This document shows, in pieces, positions 53,537 to 64,000 of a DNA stretch of 64,000 nt. The stretch's first letter is position 1. The number at the start of each line of letters is the position of its first letter. The stretch is from contig NW_026940638.1 of NCBI RefSeq assembly GCF_032062105.1, positions 372,001-436,000 of the forward strand, given 5' to 3'. The DNA is from Saccostrea cucullata (lineage: Eukaryota). The notes under the pieces are model-generated. The model made no database searches, had not been told where the DNA came from, and saw only the letters and a list, made by a program, of their open reading frames with translations. Made by a program: the position numbers and the translations under genes.

Positions 53537-54358
53537 TTGACTATAGTTAACTATAGTTTACTATAGTCAACTATGGAAAATCAAAGTGTCAAAATTTTCG
53601 CCAAAGTTTTTCAAAGTGTCAAAGTTTTCGCCAAAGTTTTTCAAAGTGTCAAAGTTTTCGATAAAGTTTTTCGAAGTATCAAAGTTTTCGATAAAGTTTT
53701 TCAAAGTGTCAAAGTTTTCGATAAACTTTTTTTAAAGTGTCAAAATTTGTCAAAGTATCAAAGTTTTCAATGAAGTTTTTCAAAGTGTCCAAGTTTTTGA
53801 TAAAATTTTTCAAAGTGTCAAAGTTTTCGATAAAGTTTTCCAAAGTGTTAAAGATTTTGATCAAGTTATTCAAGGTGTCAAAGTTTTCGATAAAGTTTGT
53901 TAAAGTAGCAATTTCTTCACCAAATATTATCAAAGTTTCAAAGTTTTCGATAAAGTTTTTGAAAGTGTCAAAGTTTTCGATAGAGTTTCTGTAAGTGTCA
54001 AAGTTTTCCATAAAGTTTTTCAAAGTGTCAAAGTTCTCGATAAAGTTTTTCAAAGTGTCCAAGTCTTCGATAAAGTTTTTCAAAGAATCAAAGTTTTCGT
54101 TTTTCAAAGTGTCAAAGTTTTCGCCAAAGTTTTTCAAAGTGTCAAAGTTTTCGCCAAAGTTTTTCAAAGTGTCAAAGTTTTCGCCAAAGGTTTTCAAAGT
54201 ACCAAAGTTTCCGCCGAAGTTTTTCAAAGTGTCAAAGTTTTCGATAAAGTTTTTCAAAGTTTTCGATAAAGTTTTTCAAAGTGTCAAAGTTATCACTATA
54301 GTAAATCAAAGTTTTCAAAGTTGTAAAGTATAGTTAACTATAGTATTTTTTGTTAGGG
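53537..54358. repeat. 30-bp tandem repeat (about 24 copies) flanked by ACTATAGTT repeats; probable transposon arm
   Basis: AAAGTGTCAAAGTTTTCGATAAAGTTTTTC repeated; right end TATAGTTAACTATAGTATTTTTTGTTAGGG. Confidence 0.9.
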
Positions 54359-54600
54359 ATGTAACATTTTACAATTCACGGTGGACATGAATTTGAAGGG
54401 TATTTTCATACCTCGAAAACAACGAAAAATACCCCATGAAAATTTGTATTTCAAAGTAAATGGGTGTAAAATGTAGACAGGGATCGAGAGTTAACGCCCT
54501 TCCCATCAAGAGATAAAATTGTTTATATGAAGTTTTAAAACAACTTAATAATTTTTGATAAACCGCACATATTAAAATGGAAATATATACTAAGACAACA

Positions 54601-55461
54601 TTATGTTTTTAACCAATCGCTCTGTAGAATATTCCAAATCTTTATCCTTGATTTTGCATTTGGTTCAAGAATTTGATGGATAAGTTCTAGACATCGAGAT
54701 GAAATCCTTTCTTTCACTGTGTCGGGGATGGAAATGCCTTCAGAAACCTGTTTTTTCAGCAGTTCTTTGATATTCCTATCATCAAAAGGCATTTTCCCAC
54801 AGATCATAATGAAAAGAATGACCCCTAAACTCCATATATCATTAGTTCTTGGGTCATAAGGCAATCCACGCAGAAGTTCCGGGGAAGCATACGCCCTGCT
54901 GCCGCAGTATGTCTGGCACATGACAGCATTACGCTGCTGATCCAGATACAAACGAGAAAAGCCAAAGTCAGAAACAGTTACTCTTTTGTCTCGCATAATT
55001 AAAATATTTTCACATTTTAAATCACGATGTGTTATTCCGAGATCATGCAAGTATTTTACAGCTTCTGTCATTTCTCTAAACATTCGCTTAGCATCCTCTT
55101 CTGATAAAGAGCCGCACGTATTAATTAACTGCAGTAAATCGCCTTTCCCAGCGTAGTCCATCATAATGTAAACGGATTCACCTTGATACAGTACATCATG
55201 AGTGAATATAATATTCGGATGATTTACAAGAGTTGAAATTTCCAGTTCCCTAGGCAAAAACTTTGTAACATACTTTTTCTTCGCATTTCTTTTGTTAATC
55301 ATTTTTACAGCCAAAATTTCCCCGTCTCTTGTTCTTTCAGCAATTCTTACACTGGAATAGGTTCCTTCGCCAATCTTTGGACCTAGTCTGTAACCATTTG
55401 AAGACAGAAAATCCGCTAATCGCAGAAACTCGCGGGAAGTCAACGTCTCTTTAACATTCAT
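54601..55461 (-). CDS. Testis-specific serine/threonine kinase (TSSK family), intronless
   Basis: Complete kinase domain: IGEGTYS, AVK, KFLPREL (TSSK hallmark), HRDLKCEN, DFG, TYCGSRAYASPE, DIWSLGV. Confidence 0.9.
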   Translation of the reverse strand: MNVKETLTSREFLRLADFLSSNGYRLGPKIGEGTYSSVRIAERTRDGEILAVKMINKRNAKKKYVTKFLPRELEISTLVNHPNIIFTHDVLYQGESVYIMMDYAGKGDLLQLINTCGSLSEEDAKRMFREMTEAVKYLHDLGITHRDLKCENILIMRDKRVTVSDFGFSRLYLDQQRNAVMCQTYCGSRAYASPELLRGLPYDPRTNDIWSLGVILFIMICGKMPFDDRNIKELLKKQVSEGISIPDTVKERISSRCLELIHQILEPNAKSRIKIWNILQSDWLKT

Positions 55462-56409
55462 CTTTCTTGAATTTGTCTATTGTGACGTCATAATAGTACA
55501 TACACATGTACAAACAAAAATAATGGGTAAAAAAAAATCCGCATAGCTTACAGAAATTCATTCGATCAATGCACATCATTAAAGCAATTTTGTTTTCATT
55601 AATTATTTATTCTAGATAGACATCTGGCCAGTGCATATAACCTTTCTTGTAAAAACATGTGAAGGAATTTTTTTTACAAAACTGTCTGAAAGAATATTGA
55701 CGATGAAAAATTTTTTTAAACTGTATGATAATTAATTAAATTGGAAGATGTGCTACAGAGCGTTGTTATAGTAATGAAATAAATCCCAAGCTTCCACCAC
55801 CCGCCTGGCATTGGGTGCTTTATTGATTATATTGGTGGCGATGGGATGCTCATTCTAAACAACCCCAAATCCTGAAACACTACAGTTAGGAACTAATTAC
55901 AATCAACAGGGCAGTAAAACTGAGATTTAGGAGGATTATATGGGTGGATCAAAGGTTTTAAAAAAGATTTACCTTAGCTAGTTGTTAAACAGTTGTAAAA
56001 CAGTGCGCATAATATCTTTGATTTAGATTAAAATTTTTCTGATTTGTCTGAGGTTTCTTTCTAGAAACAATCTTGATATTTCTTATTCCTGTGAGTGTAA
56101 GGGTGCTTAGATAAAAATTATATCTGTAACTATCTAACATAATGTCGAGTAGGAGGGGGTGTATTTACTTATATTTATTTATATAGATAACTTTTTGCGA
56201 TTTTTTATTGCAAGATTTTGAAAAGTTTTTGACACTTTTCCACCATACTGCAACAAAAAAATTAGGGACAAGTGGCCTTTGAATGAAAAAAATATTCGTG
56301 AACACTAGAAAAAGGAAAGAAGGAGGATCCCCCCTTCGATCTATACGTATGTTAATTAAAAGAAAGAAGGGAATCTTATCCCCAATAACTCTTTTTAAAA
56401 TTATATTAA

Positions 56410-56922
56410 GGTAGTCCGATCCTCAGTTTATAAGATTAGCAGTAAAGTAATCAAAAATATTCATAAAAGTATCTCTGAATCCACAAAGTTATGTAAATTT
56501 ATCTACAGTATTTCTTTAAAATCAAAGATTAAAGTTAATCATATTATAAAGGGAAAATTGTAAAATCTCCAATATTTTTGCAGAAAAAGCGAATTGAAAT
56601 ATCAACAATGCATTTTCTAATTGCAAATTGATCAACAAATATATTTTAGGTTAAAAAACTATAGGTATCCTGGCATTCAGAGAAATTGTCATGATTTTTA
56701 TACTTATTTGGTATTTTTTGTCTTCTATTTCCGTCATGTACTCTAATACATAGTGTAAACTTTTACACCTTTTCTAAGACTTCCAAAAACCTTGAATCTT
56801 ATAAAGATGAATAAAATGAAAATTGTTGCATGAAAAAATTCGTTTTCAAGCTTCATTTTGATGCATTTCAAATTAAATATTAATTTTTTGAGTTATCCTT
56901 CCTTGCTGAGGATCGGATATCC
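56410..56922. mobile_element. Kolobok-like MITE
   Basis: TTAA TSD; TIRs GGTAGTCCGATCCTCAG and CTGAGGATCGGATATCC. Confidence 0.75.
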
Positions 56923-57547
56923 TTAATGGATCTTTTTTTACGTCGAAACAATGGTATGGAATTAGGAAAAGGGTCAAGAGAGAGATCTAAAATAGATTGC
57001 TGCCCAGTGTCATTCACTTCTGTGAATAAAGTATATATTGTAATTGTTTAAAATATATAAAATATGGAAATTTTAAAATATTACTGCATGTACTGGGACC
57101 AAAGGGAAAGAATACATCATTTATCATCAACAGAGGCTCCAGAGGAGGAAAGGTAACACTGGTAAATGATTAAACAAACAACCTAATAGATGATTAGGCC
57201 TAAAAAAAATAAATTTTTGATTACGCCATTCAAGAATCAAGAAGACCCAAAGATATAATTAAATCATATTCTAAACTAAGTATAAAAACGAATCAAAAAC
57301 GATTAAACATTCATTGAAATAAATTGAGTTTTTAATGCATGGAAGAATTTAACGATGTAATGTACAAGTACAAGGGTTTTATGCCGTGCAGATTTGTTTA
57401 AAAAAAAAAACCAAACACACACACTATATGATCGGGATCGTTGTTCGTTGAATTCTACAAACGACAATACGCATGCGTCAAATAGTTTAGCTTTCTTCGC
57501 AACGGAGAGGAATACCTCAAGTTTTTTTGCAGGCAGAATACACAACC

Positions 57548-60500
57548 ATGTCGTACAGAGATTTGAGAAGTATGTCAGTTATAAATATTTGTTAAGTACT
57601 TTATCATACTTGATCATTTTAAAATAATCGACGCATATCGACCAAGAAAGAACCGTATTAAATGATCACTTTTACCCACTGGTTGTCTAAAAAAAATGCA
57701 GTAGACTTAATGTTCTTGATATGCATATAGAAAATATGTTTATCATGTATAGTAAAAACAGGGATGTCCTGATAGAGATAAGATTTATGAAGGCAGGATC
57801 TACTGCGAAATATTTTTGTACCTGACAAAATGATTGCGCATCAGGCCTTTAGTTTTATTGAGATAAATATGAAACCATATGGTATATCGATTAACAGGTA
57901 CAGTTCTTTGCAATAGCACTTGAATGTTAGCTACAGGACTGTAGCGTTATGGTTTTATATATAGTTTTTGACCATAATGCTACGGATCCTGTAATGCAAA
58001 TAAGATGCAGTTGGGGCACAAATTATATTAATCCGAGATTCCTCTGACTCTAACCCCCGCTTTTATATTATGACTTGTGCGGGGGAGAGTCAGAGCGGAC
58101 GCCATATCAAAAACTGGGAATTTGGCGAAACTAGCTGGTGTCGCGACTCTGCCTACCTTTTACAACTTTATTTCGCGGAGCTAACTCCCGAGACGCGAGA
58201 AATCAGTAAAATAATTATTATTCTACTTGTTAATCGTCATTAAAAGGATGCTACCGCCGTTTAAACAGTCCTATCACCGACAAATGAAGCATCACTTGAA
58301 TTAGGTCGCCTCCTCGCCATTCGACTTCTTTGCGCATGACGTCAGCACACAAATACCAGACCTGTTTACTCTTACGATTTCACCGTATTTTGTACGGATT
58401 TTTAGTTTTAAATACGTCTCACGTTTTGCTATTATGAAAATACGGAAATCAGAAATATGCTCGTTTGGAATTTAGCTGTTAGTTTTCGTTATGATCGGTC
58501 TTCGTTTCAAATTTTTTTTCGTCTGGCTGCCCCCCCCCCCCTTTCAAAAACGATGCTACGTGCCTTGTCGGGTTGCCAAAACGCTCTGGTATTATAAAAT
58601 GACAAAGACCATGTTGTTAAACCAAGTTTTTGTAATCAGAAAAGCAGTTGTTCTCTTTAAATATATGTAAAATCGATGGAAAGTTAAATCTTACTGGCAA
58701 TTGCCAAATCTCACGGATAAAACTGATCAAAAATACTGAGAGACGACGATATGGGTAAACAGGTCTGAAATACACAAAATTCCAAAGTAACACGTGCTCA
58801 AAACACGTGTGGACCTTTCGGAAAAATATGAAAGTGTTGGGAAAAAATACATGTATAAAACAATATAATGATGTTTCATTTATTTATTTATAAGGAAAGC
58901 AACTGTCAAAAATGACTTCTATGCTAAAATTAGGTTAAAAACAGCATTAACACCAAACATGATATTTTCACGTGATAGTTTTGTTTGTGTATTTGTGTGT
59001 GACGTCATGCGCAAAGAAGTCGAATGGCGAGGAGGCGACCTAATTCAAGTGATGCTTCATTTGTCGGTGATAGGACTGTTTAAACGGCGGTAGCATCCTT
59101 TTAATGACGATTAACAAGTAGAATAATAATTATTTTACTGATTTCTACAGTTAGCTCCGCGAAATAAAGTTGTTAAAGGTAGGCAGAGTTTTATATATTA
59201 GTTTTCGATATGGCGTCCGCTCTGACTCTCCCCCGCACAAGTCATAATATAAAAGCGGGGGTTAGAGTCAGAGGAATCTCGGATTAAAATTATATCAAAC
59301 ACCGATTTTAGTAAATGTGTCATAGACAAGCTCATTCCTCTAGAAACATGTTTCCAAGCAAATCATCCTGATTAATGTAATTTGAAGGTGTAAATTTTAT
59401 AACTATGTTCCCCACAAATTTCATCTGGAGGGTGATGAATCCTAATTAAGACATTCCGGTTTATGAGGTTCCACTGTATAATAGTGTATAATGATTTTTT
59501 TGTTATTGATTATCATGTAGCAAACAAATGTGCTTATATCTTCATGCAAGTTGCCAATATATGAAGGTTGAAAAGTTATTTCTTTATTTCACAGAGATTA
59601 AGAATGTTTTAGGTTATCTATTGTTCATATCTGATTCTTTTCAGTTAACACTGAGGTTAAATGGGCTTTAAGTTACACACAATCTGATTATTTTATAGAT
59701 TTCACTGAGATGATGAGGGCTCTAGGATACCCAAGATTAATCTCCATGGAAAACTTTCGAAATCCAAACTTCCCTCTGGTTGCTGAAGTAATGCGATGGC
59801 TTGTCAAAAGGTATTTAGCAATTTTTTATTGGCTTTTAAAGGTATTGTTTAAAATGATAAGCCCGAACAACAATTTTTCTCTGTGATTTTTTACAATTTA
59901 GATACGACCCAAATGCTGACATACATAGTGATATCGACACAGACCAAGACAGGGTGATATTCATCAAAACTGTGGCAGAATTCATGGTTTGTCAACAATT
60001 TAATTTTGAAGTAAAATTTAAAACTTTAAATTTACTTTTAACTTGAAAATATTGAAAGTAAAAATCTTTCAAGCCAAAGTGGGTTATATGGTTTGTACAG
60101 AAGCTTCACAGTCAGCTACTTAACTTTTTTAAATATTTCACAGAAATGAAATTTTAAGGCAATATGAGCTACAACTTTGATGTCAGAATATTTTGTTGCA
60201 AAATTGTAAATAACTACTTCAATGACAGAAAAAAATAACATTGATAAATTTCTGTTGTTCATATTTGTGATGGAAGAACTATTTATAACTATTAGCTTTG
60301 ATTGAATCAAAATTGCACTTATGATTTTCGTCCTGTACAATAAAGATTTCTCATATACAACTGTATATTAGATTGTATACAGAAGTCTTTCTTTTGCTTT
60401 ATTTTAGTCTAATTGATCACAAAGGTATAAGTTACGTACAGGTTTATCATAATAACACATTTTATCAGCAAAATAAAATTTTCAAATATGCAGCTCATAT

Positions 60501-62736
60501 TGCTTTAAAAATATCTAAGATGTAACTTAATACCTGAAGTATTTCCATGGCTGTGTCTAATTATTTTGTGTTACTGGGGTATTCCAGTATGCTAAAGACA
60601 AAAAACTGATGAGTAGATAATTGTATTAATCATTCATTTTTAGCATACAAAAGCACACATCAAGTTGAATACAAAGAAGCTGTACCAGTCGGATGGCTAC
60701 GCTGTGAAGGAGATGCTGAAGGTGACATCTATGTTGTACAACGCCATGAAAACCAACACATCAACCCAGTCTGAGACGGACAATGAAGATGATTCTTCCA
60801 TGTTGTCATTTGACATCTCATCAAAGGTATGATGATAGGGGGACAGTGTTAACTTGACAGTAGTAGGTTAATTTTTAATTTATCTGCATCGATATTGATA
60901 TAAGACATTCACAGCAACAAATCAGTGAATCTAAATCACAATTTGCAGATCTCACTAACCTTGAGATTTGAGTCATAATTTCTTGCCTAACCTGGATATG
61001 GACTGTTCATATTTTATGAAAATTTGTAGTATGATTAAACATATCTTATTCTGTTAGATAAATGATCTGAAAGAAGCTAGACGTCTTGCTTCTGAAATCA
61101 CAACCAAGGGAGCCACACTATACGATCTCCTGGGTAAAGAAGTGGACCTCAGAGTAAGCATATTAAAAAGCTTTGTTATTTATACAAGTTTATATATAAT
61201 ATCTGAAATAAGAGGAAGCTCAAAAATAATGTAACAGTGCAATGGTTTTGTAAAATACATTTTGATTGGGTAATACACTGTTGTTTGAGGCAGTGAAAAA
61301 AGTACCGGTATCAACAAGAATGAAAGCTTTTCATTGTGAAATCATAAAAAACACAACACTGCTCCATGACATATTTCACATAACAAAACTCAACAAAACA
61401 GTAAGATGTAAACATCATACAAAATGCACAGATTGCATTATAATGGAAATAATTATTTTTATAATTTGGTATTTGCGACCCTTAATGCTGATGTAATGGC
61501 CACAAACAACTATTTTACAGCCTCTGTTTAATTGTTTTGTAATTACTGACAGTATTATATAGCATGTATATCTTTAAGAAATTTTGTGTAAGTGTATCAT
61601 AACATTTTTGTCCTGCTTTTCTTGTAGGAACAAAGATCCATTGTGATAGCAAAATCTCTAGAAATCAATGAGGTGGAGAGTGGAATCGGAGGATCTATCC
61701 GAGGGGTAGAGGTAATAAAAAAAGTTAGTTGTCTGGACTCGAAAATCAGATCAAATTCTCTATCATGATTCATCCTCAAAATCACTTTGTCCCCTTTTGC
61801 AGAATGAAATAAAGAAGTACCTGATGCAGCTTGACAATGTGGCATCTGATGAAGCTAATCTGGAGGCTAAGATTGAGAAAAAGAAGAATGAATTGGAAAG
61901 AAATGAAAAGCGATTACAAACTTTACAAAGTGTTAGGTAATTCATCTGTACAAGGGAGATAATTCACTTTTTGCTATTTTGAGTTACCGGCTAGAATTCT
62001 CATTATGATTTCAATTAAAGAAGAAAAACTTACATAATATAATCATATTATAGACCTGCTTACATGGATGAGTATGAGAAGTTGGAGGAGGACCTACAGA
62101 AGCTATATGAAGTTTACATGGATAAGTTCCGTAACCTGACATATCTAGAGGCACAGCAAGAGGAGTACCACAGGGCAGAACAGGACAAGTTTGAGGTCAA
62201 TGGAGATGTGGTTTTATCTCTTATTATTTTATTTGTATTGAAGTCAAGTTTTTCTTTGGAAATGAAAGTAAAATGGGATTTCTGTACACAGGAGACGGAA
62301 GAAAAATTAAAACAGATGGCTGACCGTCTGAAGAGTGAGGAACAGAATCGTCAGAAGATCATGCCAGATGACATTGGTAAAATGTGGTTATTAATTTATA
62401 TAAATAAATACTGGTACTCCTTGAAGTAGATGCCATGCCATTTAAGTTCGTTTGAATGACTCTTGAATAATTATTCTTTTATGAATTCAGAATATGCCTA
62501 TCTTGTAACCCCTGTTCAGTATTGAAGGGAATATTTCATTATTTGATTTAAACTTATGATTGAATGTCTTGGGTGCATTTGATGAGTAGAATATTAAACA
62601 TAAAATTAGCTAATTTAGGCAGAGTAAGTGTAGTTGACATTATTTTCAGATATATCCCGGGACTCGGATGATGGGTTGGATGAGTCGGATGAATCGGATA
62701 CTGACGTTCAGCAGCCCGTACGACAACGGCCTGACG
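57548..62736 (+). CDS. CLUAP1: Clusterin-associated protein 1 / IFT38; 3' end continues beyond this point
   Basis: Exons 57548-57569, 59699-59810, 59902-59986, 60644-60826, 61058-61153, 61628-61711, 61803-61936, 62054-62195, 62292-62376, 62650-62736 (possible micro-exon ~63040-63066). [44 protein letters not shown]. Confidence 0.95.
58029..59286. mobile_element. MULE-like element with ~300-bp TIRs in CLUAP1 intron 1
   Basis: 58029-58345 is a near-identical reverse complement of 59000-59286; perfect 9-bp TSD AAATTATAT at 58020-58028 and 59287-59295. Confidence 0.92.
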
Positions 62737-64000
62737 GTGAGTACTTAAGTCCACATTGTTTATCTCAGGCTGAAATTAAATGGAAAATGAAGTTTAAAAC
62801 CCAAGTTTATAACCAAAAAAGGTTCAGTATTCTGAATTTTTTAATTAAAAATTAACAAAGTAAGTACATTTTTTTTTTCGAAAATGTAGAGTTTGTTTTG
62901 AATAAGTTCTACGCATGCTAATTATTTTTTGATCTATAATTTATTGAAGCATCATGTAGAGAATATTTTTTTTATATTCTAAAACAATGGAAATCTTGCT
63001 CATGATTTGTCTTTAAATGTTATATTAATAAAACAACAGTAGAAAAAATGTCCAGACCTGTGGCTGGTGAGTGAAATGTTACAAATGTAATCTAGTTTTG
63101 GAAAATTAAAGATAGTCAACACAGAAATACTTTTCTGTTGCATCTTCCAGGTTCAGTAAAGTAAAATCAGGATAGATATACAGTTAACTAACTTTAATTC
63201 AAACAAAAATGCAACCATCCCTTAAAAGATACAATGTACATATGCATTGGCTAATGCAGTACATGTATTTATCAAGTATCATAGTATAGTTGCTGGCTAG
63301 TTTTGAATAAAAATAGTCAGCTATACATATAGTCTTATTTTGGGTAAGCTAAAAATTAGATGTTATATTCTATTCAATATATGACAGATAATCTATTTCT
63401 GTGCAGCATTTATTTTTAGTTAATTGTTTAGAATTAGTTTGTTTTATTTGTTGATAAAAAGCAGGAAATGGGCAAGGGCAGTTCTTCAACATTTATGTCC
63501 TCTGCTGTCTTGTTTAGTTCTTTTATTCTACTTAAAAGTTTAAATTGGAAAAAGAATTTTCAATGTTTTAAAGTTTTTTGGTTTAAATTTTTTCTTTCAT
63601 GATATTTATTTCATTGGAAATGAGGTCAGTGGCTTGGAGCATAAACCTTTGTGTAGTGTTACTGAATAGCACACAGGGAAATTTTGCACTTGATAACCGT
63701 TTTTTGTTTAAATTCAAATCAAGAGAATCATATTGTTGATGAAACACTGTCTCTAAACTGGTGTGGTTCAAGAAAGCAATTTCAGAAGAACATTTTGCAG
63801 CAAAGCAATAAGCACTCGAGAACAATTGTGTCATTTTAGAAGTTAAAAATATATTGCTACCACAAAAAAAAAATGTTTATGGAAGTTTCCTACACAGTAA
63901 CTTTGTCAAGAATATTTGTGACTATTTTAGAGATATTAACATTGACAGTAAAGCACTTCTGTTTCACACTGTTTCAAATTTTATATAATCGGCAAAAGAA

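Noticed and set aside
53573-54333. Several ORFs of NFDTLK or KVSKF repeats
   Set aside because: By-products of a 30-bp tandem repeat; no evidence of a real gene.
39902-62736. Functional cilia/flagella gene cluster (TXNDC15, TSSK, CLUAP1)
   Set aside because: Unrelated genes are interspersed, no clear X-box was seen at their starts, and co-location is explicable by chance.

Overview
AT-rich, intron-containing animal DNA, most likely an oyster (Ostreidae), judged from ~166-bp Cg170/HindIII-like satellite units inside Helitron/Helentron-type elements. Genes reconstructed by hand from splice sites: 3' part of HGS (+), METTL26 (-), a tRNA-Gly(CCC) (-), MCRIP/FAM195 (+, head-to-head with METTL26), RADIL-like (+), TXNDC15 (-), an intronless 212-aa orphan with a bipartite NLS (-), intronless ELOVL6-like (+), intronless TSSK kinase (-) and most of CLUAP1/IFT38 (+). 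Introns and the 19.8-29.4 kb intergenic block are full of non-autonomous transposons, often nested: satellite-bearing Helentrons, MITEs with 9-10 bp, TTA or TTAA target duplications, palindromic elements and Penelope remnants including a degenerate hammerhead ribozyme. The most notable item is a compact METTL26 / tRNA-Gly(CCC) / MCRIP cassette next to HGS that appears, from memory and unverified, to match the human arrangement. A mobile satellite carrying one RFX X-box per unit is a second highlight.
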